A stretch of DNA of 64,000 nucleotides from a virus (IMGVR_UViG_3300030330_002183:32001-96000); one strand, 5' to 3'. Shown: positions 47,201 to 56,814, numbered from the stretch's first letter. Notes: generated by a model from the letters alone, not told the origin. Numbers and translations: made by a program.

Positions 47201-50200
47201 CTCTATATGCTATTGCAATATCCTTCTCTATTTGCTCTAGTTCATCAAAACCTACATCATTAATTTTTTGTCTGATACCTTCAATAATTTCTTCAGGTAT
47301 ATTTTCAAAATTATTTTCAAGTAACTCATTGTATATCTCTTGAGTTGTTGGCTGTGCTGTTGTTGTTGTAGGTTGAGGTTTAGATTCTACTTTAGGATCA
47401 ACATTAAGATTACTCATAGAATCTTTAATGTTATCTTCATTAGTATAGTTTATATCAAGTCTTTGACCCCATCTTAAACCTGGAATTATATTAGCTGATA
47501 ATCCTATTCCTTGTAGCTCAGAAACATCAGATAAGTTTCTTGGTAAATTAGGTACAAAACTTTGATCATTTAATTCTAATTTAACACCTTGATCTTTTGC
47601 ATCAGTGCTTTTATTAATTCTATTATTAATAATTATTGCAAGACCTTTTAGATCAGAAATTTCATTTAAATCTTCAGCATTTAAATAATCTTTTACTTCT
47701 TTGTTATCTTTAGTTTTAACTGCAATTTCTAAACCACCTCTTTTATTAAATCTTAAAAATACATTTGTTCCTGGTACAGCTGTTTGTATGTAAAAGTTTA
47801 ATTCATTTAATTTTGCACTAGCTTCATCACCTAATTCAGCTGGATCAAATTTATCTGTTTTAGATTTAAATTTACCTTTATCATCTTTTACTTCTGAAAT
47901 AAGTTCTTCTTGTATGCTTTTAATATCGGATACAATTTGTTTACCATCTTCATTTGATATTGCATCTAATTTAATTTCAAAGTATGCTATAGAACCATTA
48001 TCCATGGTAACAAACTGCACATACCTACCCATACCTAACTCACCTATATTATTAAAGCCATCTTTTTGTAGCTGATTAAATATCTTTAATTGTATGTCTT
48101 GTTCTTCTCTTGAACCTGGTTCTAAATTTTTAGATGGTACTAACGTAGCTCTTCTTATACCTTTAGAATCTTTTCTTGTATCATATATAATTGTGTATTC
48201 ACCTTTTTTAGTTGAGAATGTTTTTGAGTCTAAATCTTCATATGCTGTTGATGATGTTTTACCACCTCTAAGAACAGGTTTACCGTTTTTATTAACTCTC
48301 CAACCAAGATAACCTGGTGTAATATTTAATTCTACATTATTTAAATCATTAATGTCTACAAATAAACTTTGTGCATCACCTAGTTTATCTTTTAGCTCTT
48401 GTGTAATTAATTTAGCTTTTGTATAATTTCTTCTTACAGATGCTGCTAACTCTTCTGCACTTTGTCCTCTATTCTTAATAAATAATCTTTCTGCTTGTTC
48501 TGGTGTTATCTTACTACCATTTATTTTAGTACCATCAATATCAAAAAGCAATGTATTTGTAAGACCTGTCATAATACCTATAGGCTTATCATTATACATT
48601 ATTGTTATCTGATATTCATTCTGTCCATATCTAAGTTGATTATTTGCTGTATAGCCTGCCTCTACATTATACTCTTTACTATTAGATTGATCTTCTACAT
48701 AATCTGGATTTTTTTCTATTAAGAAACTAATCTTAGATTTACTATCAATAGATATAGTTTTTAATAGTTTTTCAAAATTGTCATCTTGATTATAGTTAAT
48801 ATCATCATATTTGCCGTGCAACGCAAAACCAGGTTTAACTTTAATACCATTAAAAGGTATAATTTGTATAGGTTGAAACTGTGATACTTTAGTTGTAAGT
48901 GAGCCAACAAGATTTACATTTTCTTGTTCTACCTTTTCAAACCCTTCTTGAGTAAATTGTGTTTCAGTTATAAATCTTCTATCATCTTCTCCTTTCTTTT
49001 TATCTTTGTTGTTAATAGGTACTATAAATAAATTTTTAAATGTAGACACCATTTTAGGAGTAGACTTTATTATATATAGATTGCCTGATGAATCTTTAAT
49101 TATATCATTAGTATTAAGTTTTTTACCAGCAAAGTTTTTAATTACTCCAGATTTAGACATATTGTTTTTATACCAAGAGTAAGCCTTTCTTGCTCTCTTT
49201 TCTAAACCTTTAGTAGTTTCTTTTGGTAATAATGCATATCCTTCTGAGATATATTTTCCATCAGGATCTAAATTACTATACTTATTATAAAGATTATTAC
49301 CTTTAGCATCTACAATAGTATATACAACTTCTGGTTGACCTTGATCATTAATAGTAGTTGTCTTAATAAGATTTATTCCTAATGCATCATCAGATACAAC
49401 CACTTCTTCTGTTGCATCTAATTTATCTTTAGCAATAGTTCCTTTACCAGCAAACTCTATTGATACATCAGAAAAGTCTAAATCATTTTTTGTAAGTATA
49501 CCATTTGTTCCAACAATTAAAGGATTTCTTTGGTTAGCTTTTAACCATTCATCCATAGTAGGATATTTGGTTTTATCTATACTCTCATCATTTTGATAAT
49601 ACTGATCTAACTCATATCTAGATTTAATTATATTTTTACCACCTTGTACAGAAGCTGCCCATTGATTTAATGACATAAATGGACCATCATTTACAGTGTA
49701 AGATGATTTATATTGTGCATATAGTTTATCAATAATCTCTTGAGTATTCTTATCTTTTTGATAGAACTGTTGATATTTAGTTCTACCTACAATACTTTCA
49801 AAATCTGGTTCTGTAGATGAATCTTCTTCTTGTGATTGTGTTTCTTCAGCTTGAGTTGTTTGTCTTTGTGCATCTTTTGATTCTGCAGTTTCTACTGATT
49901 GAGATTTTTTAAGATCATCAATCCTAGACATAATTCTTTTATATAATACAGGATCAGACTGTTGTGTTACCTCCCCTTCTTCAGTAAAGTAACGCATAGG
50001 TATAATACCTCTCTCAAGAAATAAAATTGTTTCATCTGGATCAGGCTGAACACCATCTTCTGCTGCTAAAGCCTTTAACCATTCTAAACGTATTTTTTTA
50101 TTTTGATATTTTTCTAATCTTTGAGTTTGATTATTTTTATCAGTATATTCTTTATATATATCTCCCATAATATCAGAGATTCTTTCTATATACTGATCCA

Positions 50201-53200
50201 TGTATTCTGGATTCATCAAAGTCATATGAGCTCTATAGTAATCACCAGCTCTTCCTTTTAAATAACTGTGATCTATAATATCTCTTATAATATTTTTTAA
50301 ATCCTTACCTTCTAGTAATTCATTCTTACTTTCTGCAACAAATGTTACATAGTCTATAAATGCTTTTTCTAAACCAGATGATTTAATTTTTCTTCTATCA
50401 AATCTTCCTATTGTTCTTGTTTTACCAGCTTCACCTTTGGCACCAAATATTGGTTTACCTTCTTCATCTACACCAATAATATCTTGAAATTGTATACCTT
50501 CACTTACTATAGAATTTTCTGGAGCATCTAAAATTTCTTGAAACTTAGAAAGTAATTCAAATCTTTTCTTTTTATTTTCTAATAAAGCTTTTTCTTCTTT
50601 TGTTACTCCTTTCTTTTTAAGCTCTTCTTCAAGTAATGCTAATTCTTTTACAAGTTTTGTAGGATCAGTTAATACATCTATATCAAGAGCATTTAAAGAT
50701 TTAAGACCATCCATATTAGCAAGTCTTTCATAAATCTCTTTAGATCTTATCAATGATGTTTCAAAAGTATTTTTAGTATATAAAGCCATCATTCTTGCAT
50801 GTTCAAATGCGGCTTTCTTTATTACCTCTTGTTGATATTCTCTTGTGCCTTTATCAAATTTTTTAGGGTTAAATGGATTTACAAATGTTTCATTAAATTC
50901 ATTATAGTTTTTTTGAACTTCTTTTGCTCTATCTGTAAACTTATTTAATCTTTTTCTTAATGTATCTGCTGATGAATTTGGTGCTGTTTGAGCAAAAGCT
51001 TCTTTTAAACTTTTGTCATCCATCTTTTTCATATCATTAAGCATATTAACAAAGATTGGCATCTTACCTGTAGAAGCAGCTAGCTCTAATGCACTAAATA
51101 TAGCATGATCTTGTGAGTCAAAGAAACTTAATATATCCATTGCATCTGCAGAAGCAAACATTGATTGATTAAAATTCTTTTGTTGTAGTGCGTTTAGTTT
51201 AGTTTTATCAAAAAACTTTGCAGGATCAGCATGTATTTCATTAAGAACTTTTACTAATTGTTCTCTAGCTTCACGTTTTTGTTTAACAAATTCATCCCAC
51301 TTACCGTCCTTCATGTATTTACTATATCCTTTTTTAAATATATTAGGTACAGTATTAAACATAAATCTTTGTGGTCCTTGAACCAAACCACCCATTAGGA
51401 ATCCGGACATAAATGTTTTAAATCCTTCTGTACTGTATTGTGAAGAAACACCTCTTCTAACTGCAGCCATAATATCTATAGCAGGATTTCTATCTAAAGT
51501 ATTTGTTCCTAAAAATGTTTTTCTTGCATCTTGATAATTTAAAGTCATTTCAGCTAATTGCATATCTAAATCAGCTGACATATCCATATTATATAAGTCT
51601 TTATAGAATGCTTTTACACCAACAGTTGTTGCTTCTTGTGCAATTTCTTGAACACCTTCTGCAAAGTTTGCAATAGAATATTTTAAACCAGCTACAGCAG
51701 AATGCCTTAATGTACCAGCTGCACCAGCTTGATACATTCTTCTAAACACATTACCTATAAGCCAGTCATCTCCTAAATCTTTAAATCCTTTTTTTGCTCC
51801 TCCATAAAATATACCTCCCCATGCTGAGCTTAAAGATTGTGCTGTTTTATTTGCTAAAGGTTGAAAACCTCTCATAGCCGTTCCTAATGATAACCTATTA
51901 GAAAAATAAATAATAGGAAAATTAATCATTTGAGCTGTAAATGCACCTTGTCTTGCATCAGCTGCAATCATGTTTAATTCATCTATTGATGGAGCATTAT
52001 TTTTATTAGCGTGATATATATCTTTATATAGTTGATCTCTTAGTTCCATTTCTACTACACCACCTTCCATTTTAGATTCAGCCCAAGCTAAATTAACATT
52101 TCTTATATCTCTATAAAAATTACCAAAATGAATAGCACCTTTTGCAAGGTTTGTCATATTTTCACCTGCTTTTGCAGACTGTGCAATTCTTCTAAAACCT
52201 TGTACAGTTTGAGGAACTAATAATCTACCCATTACTCTACCTGTTGCAAGTGTTCCTGTTCTTGCTGCATTATACCAAGCTTTAGCATTATCAAGTTTAC
52301 TTAATTTTGTCATTAAATTAGTTGCAGCACTTGTATATGTCTTTGCGGTAAATAGTCTTTTAATAGCATCTGCACCTCTTTTAATATTAAATCCAGTTCT
52401 TACTGCTGCAGCACCACCTGCACCACCACCACTTGCTGCAGTAGCTAATGCTAACGCTACTTCTTCTACAAGAATATTACTAAGAATACCAATAGTGTAT
52501 GCACTATTAACATATAAATCATTAACAAAACCTCTTGTACCTCCACTGGATGATCTACCAATTCTCATAGCATCTTCCATTGCTTGTGCACCTTGTAGAT
52601 CAGATAAACTATAATCACCAGAGAACCAATCTCCTATAGCTCTATAATTGGAAGTAAATGCATCATCAAACATTGAAGAGAATGCAGCACGGGATCTAGT
52701 AAAATTATCCCACTTACTAGAGTTAGAATTATAATATGCATCATTATCAGCAAAAGGATGAAATCCTAAATCTTTAAATCTAGGATGATTATAATATCTA
52801 TCTAATTCATATTTTCTAGAACTATAGCTAATAGGATCCATATACTCTGGAGTCATATTAGGTTCTGCTTGTGCAGCAGTTACATCCTGTGTGCTAGATA
52901 AAAAAGCTTCTCTCCCTTCTGCAGTATTTAAATTAAATTTACCTGTATCATTTTCAAAAGGACTAAATGCATCTCCAGATATACCTGGATAAGGAGCATT
53001 AATATTACTATTTGGAAGTTGTGTAGGATATTTAGACATGTCAATAGCATGAGCATCTAACATATCTAAAAACGGTTGATCATCAAACTTTGGTTGTGAT
53101 TGTATTGCAATATCAATTGCACCCATAAATGAATCTTCATTAACAAAGTTATTATCAAACCTTGTTTCAAAATCTACTACACCTGTACCAGGACCATTTA

Positions 53201-53333
53201 TATCTTTGTCCCATGTAGGTGTATTTAATGCTAAATCTGAAGTTGTTTCAATTGGAAGATTGTTGGCACCAATATTAGCATCAACACTTTCATTAAATAC
53301 AGATTCATTTACATTTTCATTTAAGTCTGCCAT
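38232..53333 (-). CDS. giant virion-packaged DNA-dependent RNA polymerase polyprotein (crAss-like)
   Basis: RIPSQDKHS followed by GADFDIDKLY (catalytic DxDxD at ~41421-41441); TDAQ and LKMS motifs; zincin HEAFH at ~46640; Gly/Ala-rich hydrophobic N-terminal segments. Confidence 0.85.
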   Translation of the reverse strand: MADLNENVNESVFNESVDANIGANNLPIETTSDLALNTPTWDKDINGPGTGVVDFETRFDNNFVNEDSFMGAIDIAIQSQPKFDDQPFLDMLDAHAIDMSKYPTQLPNSNINAPYPGISGDAFSPFENDTGKFNLNTAEGREAFLSSTQDVTAAQAEPNMTPEYMDPISYSSRKYELDRYYNHPRFKDLGFHPFADNDAYYNSNSSKWDNFTRSRAAFSSMFDDAFTSNYRAIGDWFSGDYSLSDLQGAQAMEDAMRIGRSSSGGTRGFVNDLYVNSAYTIGILSNILVEEVALALATAASGGGAGGAAAVRTGFNIKRGADAIKRLFTAKTYTSAATNLMTKLSKLDNAKAWYNAARTGTLATGRVMGRLLVPQTVQGFRRIAQSAKAGENMTNLAKGAIHFGNFYRDIRNVNLAWAESKMEGGVVEMELRDQLYKDIYHANKNNAPSIDELNMIAADARQGAFTAQMINFPIIYFSNRLSLGTAMRGFQPLANKTAQSLSSAWGGIFYGGAKKGFKDLGDDWLIGNVFRRMYQAGAAGTLRHSAVAGLKYSIANFAEGVQEIAQEATTVGVKAFYKDLYNMDMSADLDMQLAEMTLNYQDARKTFLGTNTLDRNPAIDIMAAVRRGVSSQYSTEGFKTFMSGFLMGGLVQGPQRFMFNTVPNIFKKGYSKYMKDGKWDEFVKQKREAREQLVKVLNEIHADPAKFFDKTKLNALQQKNFNQSMFASADAMDILSFFDSQDHAIFSALELAASTGKMPIFVNMLNDMKKMDDKSLKEAFAQTAPNSSADTLRKRLNKFTDRAKEVQKNYNEFNETFVNPFNPKKFDKGTREYQQEVIKKAAFEHARMMALYTKNTFETSLIRSKEIYERLANMDGLKSLNALDIDVLTDPTKLVKELALLEEELKKKGVTKEEKALLENKKKRFELLSKFQEILDAPENSIVSEGIQFQDIIGVDEEGKPIFGAKGEAGKTRTIGRFDRRKIKSSGLEKAFIDYVTFVAESKNELLEGKDLKNIIRDIIDHSYLKGRAGDYYRAHMTLMNPEYMDQYIERISDIMGDIYKEYTDKNNQTQRLEKYQNKKIRLEWLKALAAEDGVQPDPDETILFLERGIIPMRYFTEEGEVTQQSDPVLYKRIMSRIDDLKKSQSVETAESKDAQRQTTQAEETQSQEEDSSTEPDFESIVGRTKYQQFYQKDKNTQEIIDKLYAQYKSSYTVNDGPFMSLNQWAASVQGGKNIIKSRYELDQYYQNDESIDKTKYPTMDEWLKANQRNPLIVGTNGILTKNDLDFSDVSIEFAGKGTIAKDKLDATEEVVVSDDALGINLIKTTTINDQGQPEVVYTIVDAKGNNLYNKYSNLDPDGKYISEGYALLPKETTKGLEKRARKAYSWYKNNMSKSGVIKNFAGKKLNTNDIIKDSSGNLYIIKSTPKMVSTFKNLFIVPINNKDKKKGEDDRRFITETQFTQEGFEKVEQENVNLVGSLTTKVSQFQPIQIIPFNGIKVKPGFALHGKYDDINYNQDDNFEKLLKTISIDSKSKISFLIEKNPDYVEDQSNSKEYNVEAGYTANNQLRYGQNEYQITIMYNDKPIGIMTGLTNTLLFDIDGTKINGSKITPEQAERLFIKNRGQSAEELAASVRRNYTKAKLITQELKDKLGDAQSLFVDINDLNNVELNITPGYLGWRVNKNGKPVLRGGKTSSTAYEDLDSKTFSTKKGEYTIIYDTRKDSKGIRRATLVPSKNLEPGSREEQDIQLKIFNQLQKDGFNNIGELGMGRYVQFVTMDNGSIAYFEIKLDAISNEDGKQIVSDIKSIQEELISEVKDDKGKFKSKTDKFDPAELGDEASAKLNELNFYIQTAVPGTNVFLRFNKRGGLEIAVKTKDNKEVKDYLNAEDLNEISDLKGLAIIINNRINKSTDAKDQGVKLELNDQSFVPNLPRNLSDVSELQGIGLSANIIPGLRWGQRLDINYTNEDNIKDSMSNLNVDPKVESKPQPTTTTAQPTTQEIYNELLENNFENIPEEIIEGIRQKINDVGFDELEQIEKDIAIAYREQGGLDLSLAGNNSTIEGALEKNEDGVQAEYGNEDLAKKIARKEQELKEYKLKLRNQVINDLKKDNPGQTEGKYKLQARTFVKNNEQVKKLENEIAELKKGLIGKITLTNFDQRNVEEINNFIKWANDNLPEYIRIKDVDDLGRRLISKGITLGAFAIEVGKISKGIKDLSGTVYVGNQTGFRYHEAFHAVFRMMLSEAEIKRYLRAASDEVTSLMNSQKGYEIDNGTFVKSLLEARTYMRSLSETYSKMSNKELNDVIYEEYLADQFELFKENPSSAKVNTETKNFFQRLIQFIKDLFLSYSKGDLQGLFNDINSGKYKTAEIQNNRFTRTALEQINAPNSMAFAIRKGDPIQTTRLLPRSEDTEIFYINNYFSQQETELIVGTITARFFEKQEALTKSKDFDGKYNPQQLLASVIDEYIEEQNPAREENGELYYAEDLNDDQLDLLDERYEGLQKYKSDVVKSVSDFLNLFDTQIEDSEVILDRNHLSLDSSLKNDEDFEASANEIGGFKSLSKGIRVFFATRFKNVIDPITGKQVLAPVNYVNTYNTFMKALAGITDPNQMLARLKYFENENADTKAVIGDLLAKFNLSDYSAEDILAGNYNYEQVRSQGFFQSILKGFSQLRSDYYQLEVDKDAGIVNIFKSTSRDDASTQIDNWQDHYSVLVNKLNSNEAEKNKAASVFSRIEFYSNKDSITNAELEKVAREISQDIFNTVGMKLAPATVKFIILNEGVPNKTSEQRKFVKLFKPNTSTLFTIEDLQEIKSAISAHGKTEDGRSKANLYYDMTEEDIDDNDNESSTGTDVKFRIKKLAQLNAIFDSTVGATVFRNAEGKLIYAHQMPTYNLEKVAELNTEDALDEMLTNPFMTTNAMLKDPRFRDLVVSGKLRIARTSGVKYTSLEADDNGNYKANNKLGDNRNNKSFGSVSGAEFQALAINLYLSSFNNATGEVTETSYMDEVDGKKRSKSYVTTLNNITVISESNTADFVPLPVLMTVEYKAGKSTITEETIDKFEDAVIKAESERINRERFQKQGYTEDEVLGYNDSDSGRAYRLYNGKNLLSKSKAVVKKLNSLGVNQSIPVQKTLRNNIEALEPGSKQLVRMNPATVAKLNLRTGSEIYGSINTVGDKTLSQEKYLFTNLGVISSETYSIEELQDLLGSDMTTVKTNNNKYKVTLGDQDFYTRTKVLSNWLKGNTTENFITVEKPTPATQALLEATGVIEVTDATPTEQKDINDQVIDLLEKAANETENFTYEEAKAQIEADLGVSIRDLIKQRLEQEFDEHLTLLQNNKTLDFVDNRLLTRLKTSKGQTKGNAAKAMEKLNLIANNPDNHNLKQIFYNEWLNRTLFKQVLLSDPTKLFKDSVDEIKRAKALNAAGPSAQSFISAPYVFDSEGNIKSGLGVNHAVDHISLITFEDINVPARFGRIPTDDKPVTSTDAQMYYTSKAFRYLMFGIGSLTSAQARIMDKIDAGENISLAEFHGAGVSQAGYKSLGAIMNSKKFVYFDGEVFLKMSAFVLSKRLTSDPETNFETALPDSVELHNLRVAMESVEEKGIDTISVAVPASASKAVKKNIVPKNVILNPGFNLSDQGQYDDFINSGYVTDLSAKYMRLQQITPSNKGVVTDPTQIKQLITSEQDNNVIVKIGDKEMSLGEVRALYNKSLGDRVEIKYLQRRNLIFDFQKAQDELQDSIELGEVTVDLSAFLKYAHSSLMASGSSPQFMELFELDETGAQKYDLNNPITQNKFQQLFLAFFSKGQLSEKITGESFALVSNFGKKFYKKVLAIDPETGQPSRWEVIRREDYLKNRQELAKTDYDNKDERTFSGLKVGDIYLDELRMNVKEYDKDGNETGLTYSETAMPAWDPRLSRVKSNQPLPDVVAKMFGVRIPSQDKHSAINLKVVDFLPVEYGSSAMFPTELVEISGADFDIDKLYTHMKEFYVKDGEFIEYGATDNVNQQYQEYLDYMVADARKKGTSMNYALDLWKSRGRITDPATVNDLSLPSEGIIGALKILSLPVTKQEFVEYKEKYKQKIGDKVFYRLPYTAAQSNQVLDLKYAMLGNVGMTEGRFDRPVGAAYEPAVLDPVEEVWNEIEETLPELADLVTEEGVIIESPVGMYRSWVNNKAGAGAIGAAVLPNIIVNILKEYNVNLRPTNGRGMSISGGTIEINGYNYNTFSGDYIIDPATQKPLISGDRKQFIISALVTAATDNAKERLLGKLGLNKNALALTVGLLSLGVDLKTAIMLINQPTIRDIYARVDAGEGSVGRLLTRAMNDLESLNDDAKMLAQDTVVTTDMLVDEIKSPDSADNIEKLAILQLFKNALNLSNKLQALQVLSTNTSFDFTSIEDINFAYQKMNEVGVFMNDKTFDRDTTIPFDARFLFNKDKTFQGRYAAILDNLKQAMPAVFVTMSPTFDKFRNVTKANLPYVQTEKIDKDLLSFFIIKAYMKALNDKGNARLNVSLENGFIYDEYAGPITINTVFDNIKTVLAKQKKSNAFMEFISKRDTKNPVNKAMINMVTSNTWTNISAGQVTNLQNGLRDLYAMPELREDVRHLIHYLILKDGLTYARDTFIDLIPVPLLDDILNVSGNVTDLFNNEDISNGQFVQLFGETRDELLREWVEGYSNSRGNIYFLNEVKRTVGRNQVTSQVVPFKEGQKTKRNRKPILLEQQEDESWTIEFNANHKESYSKKESRKKGKYQNLDFVVDARREKNTRSIKRATNFNSIQVEVTTKAGTKKMDLIGFPQEIKMDVSTSKKIPGSRAKKDVRTFVLKYLYTPKEFGNYSDTINFAEENIAYGLKAVYEEIKTKGSMQQYDAGFIHGDRSTYEYLQEKKENRDSAVDTNESAMDKIAASQSKDPIGMGMKGVVINATDKSMSISKEDLEAIKAETKKDREKSNLEKIQEMSENNTDQLNENINVNIAGNSIKVQVKEDPNADYSTIETEWTNLTADQKKEISDRQNIGSAESAIARYKTANAIVPLTQEEFMERLKKCK

Positions 53334-53343
53334 GTTAATTTTA

Positions 53344-56300
53344 TTATTGAGCTGATTGTTGTTTTTGTTTTTGTATTGCTACATTTTGGTTTGCAATAAT
53401 ATTTAATCTTTCTACCAAATCAATTCTTAAAGCATCTAAATCTTTTGGATCAACAATTCTATTAAGAGGAGTAACAGTTGATTTATCTGGAACAATATCA
53501 CCATTTTCATCTACACCATAAGTAAACATTTCTTGCATATACATTCCTTGTGAATTAGGATAAATAACATAATGACCACCATTCATAATAAATGGACTTT
53601 CATATTTACCTTCTTGTTTAATAATAGTTTCTACTGTATTTATCACTTGATTCTTGCTAGCATAAGGATTATTGTCACGGTCAGATGAATACATAATTGT
53701 AAAACCTTTATTTACTTTTTCAAACATATCATCACTCATAGTTCCTTTTCTTTGGTTTAAAAACTCTGGTGAAAATTGTATGTATCTTGCTGCTACTCTT
53801 TCATTGTCTGGTTGATCCATACCACCAGCTTTTTCTACATATGTATCAGTTATAAAAAATCTAGCATCTGATTTATCAGTTAGCCCCATTCCTTTTCTAA
53901 AGTCATTAAATGAATTTAGTATAAACTCTCTTGCTTCTGCATCTTGTGGTTGATCTTCAAATGTTTCTGCTCTAGTATCACCAAAACTAATTCTAAGATC
54001 TGCTTTAGGTGTACTGTATATTACGTTAGTTAAATCTCTAAACTGTGCAATACTTTGTTCATTAGGTGCTGCTACATCAAATGAACTAACATATTGATTA
54101 AACATTATTTGATCTCCATATTCAGTTTGACCTAAATTAAAAGCACGTCTATCAAAATTTAATTCTAAATCTCCTGCACTAGCACGTGTTTCAAGAGTCT
54201 CCATATTTTCTTTTTGTTTTTCATATAGGTCTCTTCCTTTTTCTAATGCTTTCTCACGGTCAAATTCAGGTCTTACAGGCATATCATCTACAAACGCATA
54301 TGATTGACCTGGTTCAACATATGCTTTAAAATCCCAAAAATCATATCTTAAATACTCTTTGTCATTATTATACCAAGGCTGTTTATCTCTCATTAAAAAA
54401 GGATAATCATCTTTTTCTTCATTCTGAGTTGTACTAAATTTAACAAAAAATTGAGTTCTGTCTGCTTCTGTACCATACATCATGTCAGCAAACATATTTG
54501 CATATTCTTCTTTAGATAAAAGTCTTTGCATAGGTCTACCTTTTCCATCTGTATAAGTATTAAGACCCATAGTTCTTGAAAGATTACTAATAACCCCTTC
54601 TCTTACATGAGAAGCCATATTATTAATTTCACTAGGTAATAACCCCGCTTTATAAAGTGCTGCTTCTTCATCTGATACAACAATAGCTGGTATTTCTTGA
54701 TACCATTCACCATCATCATCTTTTCCTGCATCACCACTATCTGCAGATAAGTTACCTTGTTGTAATTCTAACTGCTGATAATAATTTTTAATGTTAGTTA
54801 AAATTTTATTTTGTTCATCATCTGCTTTATTAATTCTTGCAGTAATGTCATTAATTTTTTGTATTTGATTACCAATAAGTTTAGATGCATTAGCATCCAT
54901 AGTATTTGGAAAAGACATACTTTCAACAGATCCGTTGTTTAATGTTACATAACCAGTATCATTTACATCTTCAGGATTAGTTATAGTTAATATATCCATT
55001 AAATTATTTGTGATTCTATCTAACTCTTGTAGATTAGCTTGACTATGTTTTTCTAAAGATTTTCTAATTTCATCTTTACTAGCTTTAGTTGATCCTGTTT
55101 GAGATTCATACATTTGATCTATCATCTCATCATCATAATATACTGGATCTAAATCTCTAAACATTTCAGATATATTAGCTACTTTTTCTTGACCATTAGG
55201 ATATTGATCATTATATACAGTATATTTATATTGACCACCACCTTGATAACCTGCTACACCTTGCAAGTCACTATTTAAATACATATCAGCTAAATCAAAT
55301 AATTCTCTAGTTGCATCTGTCCTTGTTTTATATTGTTGATTTTGCAATCTATCATTTTCAATTGTTTGATTATATGCACCTAATGGAGAACCACTAACAG
55401 CTGCATCACCAGCTGTTGGCTGAACACCAGGGAAAAGACTATTTGGATCAAAAGCAGGTTGATTTTTTAATCTTTCTAGCTCACTATCATAAATAAATTT
55501 TTGATACATTTTATTCATATCATATTTATGTTGAGCAGCCATCCTGTTCAATGCAAACTGATGTTGTCTTTCTAATTGTTTAAAAGGATTTGCTTTTAAT
55601 GTTCTCTCAGCACCAACAAGACTATAAGCTTTTGCAGCTGACATCATCTTAGGTGCCATATTACCACCCATGTATGCACTATATGCAATATTCATTAATT
55701 GATTTTGATCACTTGCAGGAGCTTTAACTTCTTTTAATCTTTGTTCTGTTGCTTCTTTATTAGCTTTTGCAATATTTAAATTATACTCACTTAATAACAT
55801 TGCCTCTTCTTTTGATGAACCAGGTACAATATTATTTTTTCTTTTATATTCTTTCCAGTTATTATTAGAAACTATTGCTTTTTGATAAACAGCGGTATCT
55901 TCTACAAGCTTTTTAGTTTCTTCATTACCGTATTTTTCAATAGTCTCTTTTGCCCATGCAGCTTCTGCTTGTTCTCTTCCACCATACTGTTCAGCATTTT
56001 CTTTTCCAAAGTTATATGCATTAACCTGTGCTTCTAACATATATGCTGCACGTACAGAAGGATCTTTCATAACAGTATTAGCTAAATACTCAGCTGCAGG
56101 GTTTGTTACTATTGGAATTGGTTGTTTATTATCATCATAAATTAAAGCACCATTCTCATCTCTTTTGTATCCTGTTACATGATTAGTTAAAGCAGTTCCA
56201 TTTTTAGTAGTAACAATCCAATCTCCTTCAAGCGTAGTTTGTTTAATTTCTAAACCACTGTCTTTTAATGCATCAAATGATTTTTGATATAGATTTGGAT

Positions 56301-56802
56301 TTCCAATGTATTTAGGCATACCTGCACCCATAGCTTGTTCTGGTGTACCATCCCTAAATTTTTCCATTTGCATTTGCAAACCTTGCACACCTACATCCCA
56401 ATATGCATCAGAGTTAGGATCAGTTCTTAATCTTTCTGCTGTTTGCATTTGTTTTTGATAAGACTTGGTAAAAGCCATATCCTTTATAAGTGCCTTATCT
56501 TCAAAAAAAGGTTTAAATACACCTTTAGCTACATCTACATTTTGCTGTAGTGATAAATCTAATCCAGATACTTGTTTTAATCCATTACTAATCTTATTAG
56601 AATACTGCTCACGTCTTTGCTTATTATCTTCTCTAGTCAAAGGAGCATATACAACTTTACTATATAGATTGTTTAATGATTTAAAGTTTGTGTCATACCT
56701 ATCCTGTCTAACTGATAATACATCAGATAGAAACTTATAGTCTGGCTTGAATGGCTCCAAGACAGGTATATAATCCGTTACTCCTTTTATATAAGTTGCC
56801 AT
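53344..56802 (-). CDS. large virion cargo/ejection protein
   Basis: 1152 aa, largely helical; upstream of the RNAP as in the crAss-like three-gene ejection cluster. Confidence 0.65.
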   Translation of the reverse strand: MATYIKGVTDYIPVLEPFKPDYKFLSDVLSVRQDRYDTNFKSLNNLYSKVVYAPLTREDNKQRREQYSNKISNGLKQVSGLDLSLQQNVDVAKGVFKPFFEDKALIKDMAFTKSYQKQMQTAERLRTDPNSDAYWDVGVQGLQMQMEKFRDGTPEQAMGAGMPKYIGNPNLYQKSFDALKDSGLEIKQTTLEGDWIVTTKNGTALTNHVTGYKRDENGALIYDDNKQPIPIVTNPAAEYLANTVMKDPSVRAAYMLEAQVNAYNFGKENAEQYGGREQAEAAWAKETIEKYGNEETKKLVEDTAVYQKAIVSNNNWKEYKRKNNIVPGSSKEEAMLLSEYNLNIAKANKEATEQRLKEVKAPASDQNQLMNIAYSAYMGGNMAPKMMSAAKAYSLVGAERTLKANPFKQLERQHQFALNRMAAQHKYDMNKMYQKFIYDSELERLKNQPAFDPNSLFPGVQPTAGDAAVSGSPLGAYNQTIENDRLQNQQYKTRTDATRELFDLADMYLNSDLQGVAGYQGGGQYKYTVYNDQYPNGQEKVANISEMFRDLDPVYYDDEMIDQMYESQTGSTKASKDEIRKSLEKHSQANLQELDRITNNLMDILTITNPEDVNDTGYVTLNNGSVESMSFPNTMDANASKLIGNQIQKINDITARINKADDEQNKILTNIKNYYQQLELQQGNLSADSGDAGKDDDGEWYQEIPAIVVSDEEAALYKAGLLPSEINNMASHVREGVISNLSRTMGLNTYTDGKGRPMQRLLSKEEYANMFADMMYGTEADRTQFFVKFSTTQNEEKDDYPFLMRDKQPWYNNDKEYLRYDFWDFKAYVEPGQSYAFVDDMPVRPEFDREKALEKGRDLYEKQKENMETLETRASAGDLELNFDRRAFNLGQTEYGDQIMFNQYVSSFDVAAPNEQSIAQFRDLTNVIYSTPKADLRISFGDTRAETFEDQPQDAEAREFILNSFNDFRKGMGLTDKSDARFFITDTYVEKAGGMDQPDNERVAARYIQFSPEFLNQRKGTMSDDMFEKVNKGFTIMYSSDRDNNPYASKNQVINTVETIIKQEGKYESPFIMNGGHYVIYPNSQGMYMQEMFTYGVDENGDIVPDKSTVTPLNRIVDPKDLDALRIDLVERLNIIANQNVAIQKQKQQSAQ

Positions 56803-56806
56803 ATTA

Positions 56807-56814
56807 CAAAGATA
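56807..56814 (-). promoter_or_regulatory. Bacteroidota -7 promoter box; near-leaderless transcript
   Basis: TATCTTTG-TAAT-ATG on the - strand. Confidence 0.55.
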
